Source of the DNA: Trichinella spiralis
Lineage: Eukaryota
DNA: 64,000 bases
NCBI RefSeq assembly: GCF_000181795.1
Contig: NW_003526943.1
Coordinates: forward strand, 5,821,806 to 5,885,805
Direction of reading: 5' to 3'
The notes beneath the pieces are model-generated. The model saw only the letters and a program-made list of their open reading frames with translations. It had not been told where the DNA came from and searched no databases. Position 1 is the first letter of the stretch; each line of letters opens with the position of its first letter. Of this stretch, positions 23,769 to 38,178 are shown piece by piece. Position numbers and translations under genes: made by a program.

Positions 23769-26569
23769 TCATTCAGTTTTACGACGACAAGTTGCGCGAT
23801 GAGTTGGCCAATGCTGTTGCTGGCATTCGACAGAACAATACGAAGTATTCCAACAGCAGTGATAAATTGCTTCATTTTCACAACTCCAACACTATAAAAG
23901 GAGAACCAAAATATTAAGAACTGCAGCATGCTTGATTATGAATTGCAGCATGCTTGATTATGAATTGCAGCATATTAAGCTTGATAACAAACCCATTGCT
24001 TCTTTTTCAATTCATTCAGCTGCCTTTGGTGACGATCAGAAAGTTTCTTCAATTCCGCTTTCAATTGTTGATTATAACGACTTTGCAGATCTTGACGTGA
24101 CTCTTCCAACTGCTTACTAAAACTTTCTTGCATTTCACGATCCTCACGTGCCTGTTCTCGCATAAATTTTTGTGTAAGCTGAAAATCAAAAAACAACAAA
24201 AAATACAGTATATTATAAAATTCCTCGGATTCAATCAAACCTTCTCTCTAATTGCATTGCGCAAACGATCACGCTCTTCATGATAAGACAATTGCCACGT
24301 ATCGTGCAGTTCTTTGATTAAACGCTTAAATTTCGGAGCATGTGGACAATTATGAGGTGGTAAATCTCGGATAATCTTAAATAGAAAATATAAACAATAC
24401 AGTAACTGAATAAAAAATGAGAGAATTATCGACTAACTGATTCATCGTAAAGTTGTGCTTGGGATACGTCTGAAGGTAACGCATGCATTTCATCGGTATA
24501 TTCTAAATGGGCATCGGACATTTCGACAGCTTCCTTAAATCAACTTCAGTTGTAATTGAAAAAGTACACAAAATGAATATACAAACTGCACCAAACATTT
24601 CTCTACTAACAATTGCAATAAACAATTTTCAAATCAATAATCTATACCTCGTTTGCTCCTTCTTCTGTTCCTTCTATTTCTGCTTCTACATTTTCTGAGT
24701 CTATCTAAAAAAACTTTCTTTTTATTTTTCGTAAAAAATAAATGTAACGGAAAGAGATACCTGCGCATAGACTGTCTGATAAACATCTGAAGCAATCTGT
24801 GCAATGTTGCTGCTAACTAAAACAAATATTATAAATATATAAATCCCCCATAATAACGATTCACGATTGACTCTATGAACATAACATAAGCATATAATTA
24901 AAAACTGTTTCATAATTTACATTCTTGATTTCGAAGCGTAAAAATTTCTCACATTAGACCTTTATCATATTATCTTACCAACTAATAAAACTTTTCACAG
25001 CAACCAACCTCTCCAAATAGAAAACAAATCTGATAAACCGCCTCAGATTTCATTTTGTAAACTATACAATTAATATACTTATAATTTTAATTATTCTACT
25101 TATCCCATCCGATATACCTAAAGTATGTGCTTTATTATATGATCTTTTCTACGTAATGAAATAATAAAAATTCAAATTGTGAAATGATAGAATATTTCGA
25201 ATTGCATAACAATTTTTATAAACATACTTCCATAAACAACGATGACATTGTGAAGCAGCAATTGGAAATCAAGCAAAAAATCTTTTGCATTATGATATTG
25301 GCCCGTTTCTAGCTTCTGCCTTATAGTTGATAAATCAACGTTTCTAGCAATCAACAAGTAATATTCATTGACGCCCACACTTTCATCTCTTGAAGGTAAA
25401 TTCAAAAGCACATTTCCGCTCTAAAAAATAATTGAAATAATAAAATATATAAGAAGTATTTCAAATTAAAAAAATGACACAACAATTATATGATGTAACA
25501 TCTAAAAAATAGGCCCGTTTGAACTTGAACATCACTAATCAAACAGTACAATAGAAACAGTTTAGATGGTTGAAATTGAAAACAGTTACTTATATATCAA
25601 AAACTTTATATTTCATTTGTCAATCGATAAATTTATAATATATTACTGTAGTGTTTGCAAGATCTAACATTGGTTCCAGATATTCTCGAAGAGACGTGGG
25701 ATCGACCTTCGGTTCCCTCAACATCATCTAAAAAAGGGCAATTAAACAGAAAAATCAATTATTATTGGAAACTAACCTGACACACTGGGCAAACAAATGC
25801 TTCAGTACTGTTTTCAGTTCCTCCAGATGCGCAGTTATTATGAAATACACGAAAACAACCATGACATGGCATGACAAATCCGCCTTCGTGACAGACATAG
25901 CAAAAGCAGTCATGTTCTCTAAATTCCTATAAAATCAATGTTCACTAAAATATAAGTATTAGAGAAAAGTATAATTTTCAATAAGAACTTTATTCAACTC
26001 AAAAATAGAAAACTGAATATAAATATAACCGTTAAACATAAAATAAATAAAGCAGTTTTACATATTCTATCTAAAGCTGTGCCAGCAGTGTAAAACAAAA
26101 TTTCATACATAGCTCATATTCAATCTTCTTATTATGAGATTTTTGTCATACAGAAAACATTTTGGCTGTATTTTAAAATATTAAAAATTTATATAAATGC
26201 AATTATTTATTATTTTTGTAGCAAAGAAATCCATGGTAACAATAATAATATACATGCAAGGGTGAAACTTAAATTTAAAAATAAAGTATTTGCAAAAATT
26301 AAAGCGTATGATGATTTTAACATACAGACCTCTGAATTATGAGTAGGAATTCTAAAAACTGAACTGTCATCTAATTCAAGAAACTTAGAATTCACGCAGT
26401 TCACTAGATTGCTTTCAGTTTCAGGGAAAGTCCATTGAAAGCTTTCTTCGGCTTTTGTCGAAATTGCGTTTAAAGTCGGTTCAATTGAATTTCCTTGAAG
26501 ATGATTAATTACTGCCCAAAGCTGACGAATAACATCAGGGGAAATAGTGTGACTGTACTCTGCCTCCAT
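23769..26569 (-). CDS. ZMYND11: ZMYND11/BS69-like chromatin reader (winged-helix-like N-terminus, PHD, bromodomain, coiled coil, MYND)
   Basis: About 10 exons. N-terminal [39 protein letters not shown]...CPVC (~25778-25927). Bromodomain DLSTIRQKL...[19 protein letters not shown] joined to [42 protein letters not shown]. Confidence 0.85.
23922..23973. repeat. 22-bp tandem repeat (about 2.4 copies) in the last intron of the ZMYND11-like gene
   Basis: tgcagcatgcttgattatgaat twice, then tgcagcat. Confidence 0.95.
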
Positions 26570-27282
26570 TAAGTTGCAAAACACAAAATCCAGCGACTTC
26601 AATGTTGCCACAGTAAGCACGATGAACCTTCTTTACTTACAGTAAGACTCAACTGAACATTGTATTTTTATTTTAAAAACACAAATTGACATTAAAAAAT
26701 TAATTTCGAATTAATTTTAAAGAAAATATTTTATAACAAATTAGTTATTAAATTATCATGATATTCATGTCATACTGTAGTTTAATTATCAAATTGAAGT
26801 GGTGAATTAAAATTGAATTCTACATAACGACTGTTTTTATATTGATTATTTGTTTTCAGTAACACCGATTTATATTTAGTACGATATATTACAATTTTCC
26901 ATTATAAGTTTAATTATTTTGTTAAAAATAAAAAATTTTCATCTTGCTGCATATTTCTGCTAGAAGCATTCATTTTAAATGTTTTCCATTTTTACTGTAT
27001 ACAAAAATATTTCAATTAATTAATTTTTGAATATAATACAGAAGCCTTTAACAGCATTTAGCAACTGTTTGTTACAGATGTGAAACCTCATTTAACACAT
27101 CATGTTCCATAATCTGCCGATGCACAAAATGACAACAGCTGTCTAATTAGTGTTAGCAGGAATTATCCAACTTCCACATAAAATTAAAATGCATCTTGAG
27201 TTGTTTATTTGATGTCATTACAAGAAAGCAAATTAACAACAAAATCTCAACGAACAGAACATGCATAATTTATATACATTCG

Positions 27283-28318
27283 TTAATTTATTTCAGATCC
27301 ATCCGAATTTGCTTGCTTTCTAGCATTTTTCAATCCCCGATTCTTTATTTCAGCTTCCAGGCGTTCCTTCGCCCTAACAACCTAAACTGACTTATTTTAA
27401 TACATAAAGTCAAACTCGAATGCAAACAACGTCAAATATCATTTGAAATACGAACTACAAAGTACCTTTGATTGCAGATAGAACGAACCACCTTTTGCTT
27501 TATCATTCATGGAAAACAAATGATTGTATCTTTTCTCTATTTCAGCTTCATCTAATTTTTCGGAAACATTTAAAATTTGTCTGGCTTCCTAAATTTGTAA
27601 ATCAAGTGTGTGCATAATTTAAAACGATTCACCAACTTCTAATGTCATTCCATGTTTGAGATTGCTGATAGCCTCGTTAGTAGCCTTTGCAGAGGAAGAA
27701 CCAGGTTTCGAAGCATATTTGGTTGCTAAAAAATAATAAAATGCGTAAAATCATGAATATAATGACATGAGAAATTAGAAATACTATATTCTGATTGCTT
27801 TCGTTTTGAACTGAATCGTACAATTCAAAAATAAATAAATACAATAATTCAAATTACCTGATAATTCTTCACGAAGTGCTCTAGACAATGCTCTACCGAA
27901 AACTTGAGATGCAATAATGATAATTTGTGCAATATAGCGGGGCAACTATAAATAACACAGCTTCTACAATGAAATCGGTTGAGAGAATCGCCGATTTCAA
28001 TTTTTATTACAACTAATACATTTGTTGCAAAACGTTCACCTTTATTACTATTCAAAATTAAAGCCTTTTAATTTTGACAAATTTCATTTTAAACTTGATC
28101 AACAAGAAATTATTCCGTCGAACAATAAGTGTTCAATTTTTTATAGTGAATTTTCCATCATATATGCTATATGTGAAATGAAGAATGCTCTAAAATACTT
28201 TTTAATTCTGCTAATGGAAAACAGCATAATTATTGCATTAGTCAATTTTTAAAATTTCTAAATAAAAGTAAACAAGAATAAAAAATGAATATTGAGAGAA
28301 ACTGTGCATTACCGACAT
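27283..28318 (-). CDS. PAM16: Mitochondrial import motor subunit PAM16/Tim16
   Basis: Spliced product [28 protein letters not shown]...[13 protein letters not shown]...[30 protein letters not shown]. The first coding micro-exon (ATGTCG|gtaatg at 28318-28313) is tentative. The coding body 27283-27945 is firm. Absent from the ORF track. Confidence 0.9.
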
Positions 28319-29285
28319 GAAAGCTTAAATTTCATGAATCGGAAGTTATTATTGAACCTTTTGAAAACGGGATATGAATTTTCTCGCCACACCGGCTTTC
28401 TACAAATACAAAATAGATGATAAGTTCAAAAAAATCTTTGTTTAATTAAAATTCATAATATGTAAAAATTTCTTTACGAGGAATTAAAGTTATAAACAGA
28501 TGACAATGTTGCCATAAACAATTGATAATGAAAAATACGCTTACATTTACTACTGTGATTGATCATAATCAAGTTTTACAGTACTGTAATACACTAAAAA
28601 CATAATGCAAAAAAGTGAAATGATATGAAAGTTATTTACAAACTACTTCAAGCAAAATACACTGCTTTTACAACATGGAACATGAGAAATTGCCAAGCCA
28701 TTATGCCAATGCCCTGAAAAGTCCAAAAAACGAAAGAACAACAGTAATTTCTATATTACATGAAAAATATATCTCTAATTAAATTCTTAAAAATTGACTA
28801 AAATTTTAATATCATATAATATAACATAAAAAATGAAATATATATATTTTATTTCAGAAACAATGTTGAAAAGAAGCCATTAACACTTGGTAAAAAGCAG
28901 AATAATTAAAAAGTTTTATCGAAACATATCTAAATAAATTTACAACTTAAAAATTTTTTTAAATGCAGTGTTTTTCAACCTATATGCAATAAATCAATAA
29001 GCAAAAACATTCTATCATTACACGTTATTTATTTTTGAAAATATTTTTCTACACTAATGTAACACTGCTGCATTTTTAAAAAGTTTTTCTTCATTTTATG
29101 ATCTACAGTAGTCCATACTGTTTGGACATTTTTGTAAGGCATATTTTGAGAAGATGAGCTGATAAAAGCCGTCATGATTTTATTTTCTAACTAATAGAAC
29201 CGATACTTTTGTTGTTATTAGTAGTTTCTTCTGTTATTTTTTCATAAATTTGCAACTTTTCTTCCTCTATTTTCTGTCATTAATT

Positions 29286-31245
29286 ATGGAAGACGACTGG
29301 CGAAGTCAGAGGCAGAGAGAGAAAGTTATTCAACATTTGTAAGCTGATTCTGATATTTATTATTACTTTTTGAAATGAACAGTTACTTATTCTCTTGTAC
29401 TACAAGGTTTAAATGCAGGTCAAAAGCTTTTTGGATGAATTACAATTATTGTTTTTCTCAAAAATGTTATTGTCTATTCTTTCTGTTGATCATGCTTTTT
29501 GTTTTTTCAGCTTATCTCCACACTTATTCCCTTCTAAAAATTTGTCTTATTTTTTAAACTTCCGATTTTAATAGTGAACATTGCAATTCATTTTATTGTT
29601 TATGTTTTATTCTTTCAAGATGTTATATTTCATATTTAAATAAAAGTAAATTAAATGTGCAACGTTGCACAGTATTACTTATTTACGCAGTATGGAAACG
29701 TGTAAATTAATGTTTATTAAATTCTTAAGAATCATACTATCATTCGTATTGGAATAGGTTATCTGCTGTTATTTTAAAATGTAATATTTTTGGAGAATAT
29801 CTGCAGAAAAAATTGCAGCAGTGGCATTGCAGTTACTAAAATGATAATAAACTATTTTGCAAAGAAAATTCAAAACATTACAACACACGATGTTGGCTGT
29901 ATTCTATTATAGATAGAAAATATAAAATCGCAACCATTTAGTTGTTGAATATGTATAAATTTTCTGCAGATTCCTTTAAAAATAGTTATAAATTTATTAA
30001 TGTATGAATGCTTTTGATAACATGTGCCTGACATGCTTATTTCTTGAAATTTTTTTTGATATGAAGCGGAAATAGGAAAAAGAAAATTAAAACATTATCT
30101 TGTAAATGATATTTAGAAGAACAGAATTGCAATTTAACAGACATATTAAAAATTGAAGTTAAAGATCTGTTTCATTAATAATTTTCCGGTTAAATTATGA
30201 TGATAGAGCGAAAAAAGTTATCAGTTAGCATTATTACTGGTTTTATTAGTTTGTAGAATGTGATATGTAATTAAAATTGCCATATCTGCTATCGCACGAG
30301 TAGACTGTAATTTTGGAAAGAATGCTCAAAGTCTGACCTCCAAAATTTGTTTTTACAGTATGAATAAAAAATTTTCAAGTAGTTTCATTTACAGTTGAAA
30401 GTATGATGAGTCAGTTATCGGAGGAAAATTTATATGAAAACATTTTGTTTTTAATGAAACGACAACGAAAATGATTAAATGGCATTTTGTGTTTGGTAGT
30501 TCATCGTATTTCAGATAATGAAAAGTTATATATTTAATGGATGATAGAAAGGTGAAATTTTAAGTAAAAATTTATTTACCACTTGAGTCAGAATGCTGTT
30601 TTGATTTTCTTTTCTTCTGTACATTTATACATTCAGTTGAAGGATGATAGAATTTTGTTTCTTATAGAGACAATGTGATCCGGAGCTGCACTGTTCCGTT
30701 GAATATTCCTGGCGATGCTCGACAAGTTGAAAATGCCATTTTTTTGAAAGCTAATAATCAGGTATGAGTAAATAAATAAGTGATTTTATTAAGCAAAAAT
30801 ATTTCCATCATGAAATATATTTCTGTTTCAGGAAGAATACATGCAATTCGTTTCGAAAATCATCTATCACGGTCTGTTGAAATGATTTCAAATTACTGGG
30901 GCTTTCTTAAGCGTAATGTGATGACATAATCCCAACGGCATCGTTCTGAAATATAATAATATAATGGATAAATTTGTATTGTCTAAAATAATGCATTGTA
31001 TATTTCGTTTACTATATTGTTCATTAGGTATTAGTGGTTTCGGTAGTGGATTGTGCGATCGGGGCGTCCCGATTAAATAAGTGAACAACGACATTGAGAC
31101 AGAATTGTATTTCAGCTAGCAGCGGTGCGGCGGCGATGAGTCAGCCACAACGCCACCAAGCTCCAGTAAATCAAGTGCCATACGGGAACATGCAACCCGG
31201 GACCCAGTTCAGACGGGCCGACATGCGGCCCATGCAACAGCCGAT

Positions 31246-31278
<33 letters not shown>

Positions 31279-32673
31279 ACAGCAACAAGTGCCCGGGCAG
31301 ATATATTCAGGGATGCGCGCCCCTCCCAACGCTGAAATGCAGCCCCGCCTGCTTCGACCGATGCATCAACCCAGCGTGGTCGGTATTTTATTAGCAGAAA
31401 TTTCAATTTTTAGAAAATTAATTTTTTGTTACAAAATCAAAAAAAAATAAAAATAAAAACCAAACAAACCTTTTTTACTGCTTAAGACGATGCATCACAT
31501 GCACCAACAGCAAGCACAGATGGGCCAGATGGGAATGACGCAGTCAGCTGGCATTGCTGCCGCTGCACAGCAGCAACCGCAGAATGTGGTCATGCTTCTC
31601 ACATCCGGAAATCCACCACGGCAAGCTGCATCTACTCCTTCTGCTGTTCAGCTACGTCAGCCGAACGACATTCAACAATGTAAGTAACAATAAAGTGGGG
31701 CACACTTATTTAAAACTGCATCCCCGCGAATCGATTACGATCGTTTGATTTGTTCAGAAAAAAATTGCTTATCTTCAAGCATGTAGCGAAAATTATTTGA
31801 AATTGTAGAGGGAATTGAAAAATGGAAAATTTTTATTAATATTTTTTTAAATTTTATTTTCTGCTCAGTGCTTACAGACTGACTGTAAAGTATTGAACCG
31901 TCTGGAACGTCGATATTTCTCGAACAATGAAAATGCAAAAATCACACCCAAATCTTATCATTTGATCATTTTGATGAAACATAATTTGCATGGATAAACG
32001 ACGATCCTGTTGTTGATGCGAGCAGTTGAAATGAAAATGATGTTTGTAAAGGAGATTTATTAAAATGAAAAAATTAATTAATTAATTAATTAGTTAATAG
32101 TCAAATAAACCCTCTTATAAATGGGAATTTATTTTCTTTTTAATATTTAATAAAGTATACAATTTTGTACAGTTTTTTCAGTTAAAAATTTTTGCTTGTG
32201 ATTGTATTCAAAAAGGAAAAAAAAATTTAACCCCTTTATAATAACTAGCTAGTGGAGTTTGAATGTTGTTTATCCGATTGGCTTGTAAGCCCGAGTGAGT
32301 CATTGGCGATTCGTCCGCCGGCTTGGTTGGTCGACTGACAAGAATGCTGCTCTCTTCTCAGTCGATTAACGGGCTCAAAAGCCGGACGGCTATTAGAATT
32401 TTCTTCTGTTCTTATTCCTCTCCGCTGTGAGAATGGAACTGTTTCTTTTATTTTTGTTTGTTTTATTATGAGATGAAATTATGATTATTAATTATTTTTT
32501 TTCTATATTTTAAACAGTCCTACAACAACTGCCTCCAGCGATTCGACAGCAAATTTTACAGTTGCCTCCTGAAGAACAAGCGGAACAGTTGAAAAAATTT
32601 TTCGAATCTAGACGTTGGCAGCAACAACAACAACAACAGTTACACCAACAGCAGCAAATACAGCAGCAACAGC

Positions 32674-32705
<32 letters not shown>

Positions 32706-35682
32706 ATACAGCAACAAATACAACATCAACAGCAGCAACAACAGCAGTTACAAGTACAGCAGCAGATACAACATCAAATGCATCACGTAGCTCAGAATCA
32801 GATGCATACACAGGCAGTTATTCAGCAACAACAACAACAACAACAACAGCAACAGCAACAACAACACGTAAGTTAGTAATATGACAACATGTAAATTTTT
32901 GTACCTTTATACTAGCTAACATTTTGTTGGTTAACTTCGGTGATTAGATATATAAATGCATTATTCCATTTTTTGAATAATTTAAAATTTTAACAATTAT
33001 AAATTTTACATTTTTTTACTTAGAATAAAAAAGATGTATCATTTCCATGTAGAAGGTGAAGTTTTTTGATTAAATTAATTAAATTCTTAATCAACTGAAA
33101 CAAGTTAAAATTATAGAAAATTTGCATATCTTGCAAACATTATTCAACGAAATTTTAACTCTACCAGCGAATGTTGTGAATTTTACATATGACAATGAAT
33201 TTAAAAGTAGATAAGCGAGTTTAAAATTTTTATTCAACGAAATAAGTGCACTTTTGATTTTTTAAAATATTTTTTTTATAAAATGATGTTGATAAATATT
33301 TCATTTATGCTTAGTAAGTGATCATTTATTTAGAAGAGGTTTGAAAGTTTTTTTACTGTAATTGTATTTAACCTGCTGCTTGTTTATTCAGAAATTTTCA
33401 AATCGACAGAATAAAAGAATTTCAAGTTTGATATTTACTTTTCTTTTCTTTTTCTTTTGTAATTAATTTTTACACGATGAATTCGATTTTATTTTATTTA
33501 TGGTGATGATTTTATTTTAAATAGCAACAGCAGTTCGCGAGCGTCAGACAACAGCAGCAGATGCAAATGTTGCAGCCGATGATGCAGCAGCCTGGTGCGG
33601 TTCGTTTTGCTGACCAGTCGACGACAATGTTGTACAGTCGTCCACCGGCCACTCCTGTCATGATACCTCAAACGCCGGCTCCAGTTCAGCAGCCTCCATC
33701 ACAGCCGGCACCAGTGACTCCCATGAGTGGACAGGCCGCATCTCCAAATGTCAACATCGGTACACCGTATCCGAGCTCATCTCCTGCCGGCGCTCACATG
33801 ATGGGTCCTTCGCCTGCGTATGCTGCCGAGACCTCGCCCGTTTGCCATCCAGCTGCTACACCTGGTCCCAAAACGTCACAAAGTATTACGATGGATTATT
33901 CTGTAATTGTTATTCAATGCTATTTTTATTACCAGTGAGTCCTGCTGCGAACAGTTTGCCACCGGAAAGTATTGGCGCAGAGCATTCGCCTTATAAAGAA
34001 AAAGTGAATGAATTGCTTGTCTATTTGGAACCACTGAAACGTTTAATAGAGCAGACGAAAGAATCTACTTCAGGTACAATCGTAAACAGTTTTCTTTGGA
34101 ATATTTATTTATATTATTTAACTTTTTTTGATTAAGATTCTAGTCAAACACAAAAGTTCCAACGGATGGTCGACATACTTGAAGGGCGAAAGTATGTGTA
34201 GTACTTTGAAATAAATGGCTCCAATAATAAATAAAATTCAGTTCACTTATCTTTTCTTATAACATGTTTTATACTTGTTTAAATTGAATCCTAATAGATA
34301 GCACAGACTGGTTGATGTAGTTTTAATTTGCATAAATTTCTCACAAATTATTTTCGGCAAATGGAAATGAAATCGCACTGAAACTATCGTATTTTTAATG
34401 AAAAATACTTTTTATAATAATTGTATTGGATAATTTTATATTTTGCATTATGATTTAAATTTTTTTTAATGAATTTGTTTTATTTGTTCAGTGATACGTC
34501 CATGGACGTGCTGTTAAAGTGCGAGGAGACTTTGAAAATGATTTGTCAAAAATCAGACATTATCAAGGTTTGATTGTTTATTTGTTTTTCATAACAGCTC
34601 GCTGTGAAGCGTTGATTTCTGATAGGTCAAAGATCGAAATATTAATCAACCGTTACTGGATGCTATCAGTGCTATAACTAAGCGAGAACGTCAAAAGATT
34701 GATCTTTACGAATATTTCAACTTTCCGCTTTATCAGTGTTCGTTGAAGAATACTTGGTATGCTCTTTATTAAATAAAATTTAAAAAACAATTTTAAGCTT
34801 TGTAAACAACGCGAATTGGTTGAAAAAATTATCTTTATATAATTTTTGAACTTAATAACTTAGTGTTGATACGTAAAGTATAGTACGTTACTGTTTTTAG
34901 TCCAGATTGTTTGAAAGGAAGCTGTGAAAACGAAACCGCCCAGACATCGAATGTCCAAGATTCTGACCAGATCAGCATACCATTGAATATACAACGTGAA
35001 ATTGGAAGCTTGGAATCCAAGTTTCGCGTAACAATAGATCCATCCCAGAGGCCTTTGCGATCTAGTTGCAAATTTATTTCTGTTTTGTGCGAACTGCGTA
35101 AGTCGTCATTTGACTTTATTTATTAAAAATTGTTTCAAATTTCTGTTATTTAAAATTAACCAATATTAGTATGATGATGTATTTTAAAATAGGTTTAAAA
35201 TTGTATTTATTTTTCAGTAGATATAACATTACCAAGTGTCCCACCTATTTATATTCGCATTCCGACGAACTACCCTCAGTCTCCTCCAAGATATGATTTG
35301 GAATGGAGCCAGTACTGTAAGCAGCATATTTATTTATAACCTTATGGAGACGTTTGTCTTACTAGGTGTTGTGTATAAATTTTACATTTACTATAAATTT
35401 CTTTATCTTTCTTATAGGCGATTCTCCATATTTGAATTCTATTCGAAAATCATTGGAATCTTTTTCCAGTGATACTGGTGCGCCTAACACTATAAGCGCT
35501 TTGTTGACAAACTGGGTGAGCAAGTTTTTCTTTGTCTGCTGTATGGTCTGTTAAACTATTTTTGACAAAATGTTAAATTTTTTACACATTATTTGAATTA
35601 CTTTTTACAAATTCATTCTTATTTTCTATTTTTAATTTATGTTGTTTAGGAAACTTGCGTTCGTGATGCCAGCTTTATATAA
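29286..35682 (+). CDS. MED15: Mediator subunit 15 (MDT-15/MED15)
   Basis: KIX domain over exons 1-3 (MEDDWRSQRQREKVIQHL...IPGDARQVENAIF...EEYMQFVSKII), then polyQ and P/S-rich exons. C-terminal YKEKVNELLVYLEPLKRLI, NQPLLDAI, IPLNIQREIGSL...VPPIYIRIPTNYPQSPP and TISALLTNWETCVR. TAA at 35680-35682. Confidence 0.92.
32619..32867 (+). repeat. CAA/CAG polyglutamine tract in MED15
   Basis: Long CAA/CAG runs within a coding exon. Confidence 0.95.
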
Positions 35683-36572
35683 TGTTGTATTAGTGAAAAT
35701 TGTTTTTTGCCAGATAATATGAAAGATTATTGTTGAAAAGCTAAACGTCTATGGGTTAGACTTTGTTTATTATACGGAATGTTGAATGGCACTCATTTGG
35801 GATTGTGGAGATGAGATTGATGGAAGTAAAACTTATTGCGTTGTTTAATTTCAGTGCAGAAAAAGTTTTTGAATAATGTGATGAAAAGTGAAAATCATTG
35901 GGATGTTGTGATTTTAATGAAAAAATTACAGAATCGTCAGTTATTGAACCCTTTTTAAAGTAAATATTATTGTAAAATTAATCAGTGAATCAATAATTTT
36001 GTTGATAGCACATAATTACAGAAACTGGGAAATGATGTGATACCTAAATTGCAAGACAGTCTGCCGTTGGTTGGCAAAGCATTAGTTACTAGCCATTGAA
36101 CTCCCATACCGTTAGCTTGCAATACATAACGTGAGAGTATTATTATTAGCAGCAGTAACTGTTGATAATGAATTAAAATGTCGACGTTTGACAACAGTTA
36201 TTAAGTTTGTTGGTTGTGCTGTTTATTGTCGATGATGCAATTTTATTATTTAATGGTAGTTGTTGCTGTCGGTCGTGGATAAATTTAATGCGTCATTTGA
36301 ATAAGTTTTTACAGATTTGTTGTTCATGCTATTATTATTCTGCCGGACAAGAAAATAACGGCAAGAGGCAGGGCAGATTAACAGCAGGAATGAGGTTCAC
36401 AAGTTAGAAATTGTTTTTAATATGTAAATTTAAAATGAATCGTATCAGTTATTCAAACAATCTTTTAAACAAAAATATAACAAAATTTTGTAATATTTAA
36501 ATATTAAAAAATTAAATTTATATATTGATAAGCGTTGCTGAATAAATTTAAATAATTAGACGTTAAAAATTT

Positions 36573-38178
36573 TCATGCATAAAGAGAAATATTTATCTTT
36601 CTCTTCGCTTGAACCTCCAATATTGCAGCTAAAAAGTGTTCGTGCGTAATTTGAACTTTGTTTTCACGCAGAGCAACCATTCCCTAAAATAATTTTAAAT
36701 AAAGGCGTAATCATGTATGAAAAGTTATAAATCATGAGCAGATGCTACCGCTTCGGTTACGACGGCTTTGCACTGCGCGCCATTGAAGTCATTGGTACAA
36801 CGGGCAAGCTCTTCGAAGTTGACTTTGGGGCTAAAACCAAATAAAACTTAACTGGAAGCAAATATGTTAATTTTGAATTAAATAATAAACAAAATTGCTG
36901 CAATTTACGAAACATTCATTTTCTGAGCGTGGATTTGCATTATTTGTACTCTAGCTTTCTCATTGGGCAATGGTAGTTCAACTTTACGATCAAAACGGCC
37001 GCTTCTCGTCAGCGCTGGATCTAAAACATCTGGTCGATTTGTTGCAGCAATGACTCGAATATTTTCGTTAACTTTAAAGCCGTCCATTTGTGTCAACAAT
37101 TCCAACATGGTGCGATGAACTTCGTGATCACTTCCACGCTCAGAATTGCGACGTTTTGATCCTGCAATTAAAACAATAATCAGTGCAATTTAATATTTTT
37201 AAATATTTATGTGAGCGTAAACCTATAGAATCTATTTCGTCGATGAACAGAACCGTTGGTGCTTTTTCTTTAGCTAGTCTGAAAGCTTCTCGGACCATCT
37301 TTCCTCCTTCTCCAATGTAGCGTTGCAGCAGCACCGTACCAGACAGTTTCAAAAACGTACATTTAGCATTTGATGCTAAAGCTCTTGCTAACAACGTTTT
37401 TCCAGTACCAGGCGGTCCGTACATCAGAACTCCTTTTGGTGGCTGCACTCGAAACGCTTCAAAGTATTCTTTATGGGTTATTGGATAAATCACCGCTTCG
37501 ATCATTTCCTGAATTTGATTATCCAAACCTCCAATGTCACAGAACTGTTGATTCGGTTGATTTATTACTTCCATTCCCTTAAAATTTGATATTGCATATG
37601 CATAGTTATTGTTGATGAATTATAATACTTTAATACGAGGATCATATTCAGAAGGCAATAAATCGACAAGTTTTAATCCATCTCTGGATATAGCAGCCAA
37701 ATCTCCAACTTTAAATACACCTGGCTGTATCAAGCCAGAATTTGGCAGCAGGTATTTGAGGCGAGTCAATGCATTGATCACGATTAGTTCAACTTGGTTC
37801 TGCTTACCAGCTACATCAACCTTGTCAGTATTTGTTATATTCTTTGCACCAACAACTTCTTTCACCTTCAGTATTTCAGAAATGGTACAAACAATGAACG
37901 GTAAGCGCTTGTATTTTTGAAGTTCACTTTGTATCATCTATAACGTTGTTAATAATATAAGAAATAAATATGCCACAATCACTGTTAATCAATAAAAGTA
38001 CTGTTGCTACCTTTATTGCTTGCTGATGGTCAAACAGTTCTTTCGCTAATGCATTAAGCTCTTTTTTCAATAAAAAAAACTTTGTTTCTGTTTTCTTAAT
38101 TTCTTTTAACAGTTCCAATCTGTTCATATTGAATACCTTTTTTTGTTTACTTTGTAAATACGTTGACAGAGGTATCAT
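36573..38178 (-). CDS. 26S proteasome AAA-ATPase, RPT5/PSMC3-like, divergent
   Basis: Six coding exons. [37 protein letters not shown], Walker A GPPGTGKT, Walker [29 protein letters not shown] and C-terminal HbYX motif LYA. Start at 38178 or 38127. Confidence 0.9.

Noticed and set aside
32100..32440. MED15 intronic structure as a telomerase RNA or self-cleaving ribozyme
   Set aside because: No convincing telomere template next to the pseudoknot (only short TAAACCCT/TAACCCC in AT-rich DNA), no H or ACA boxes, and catalytic cores of hammerhead, twister and HDV types do not match. Kept only as an unclassified structure.
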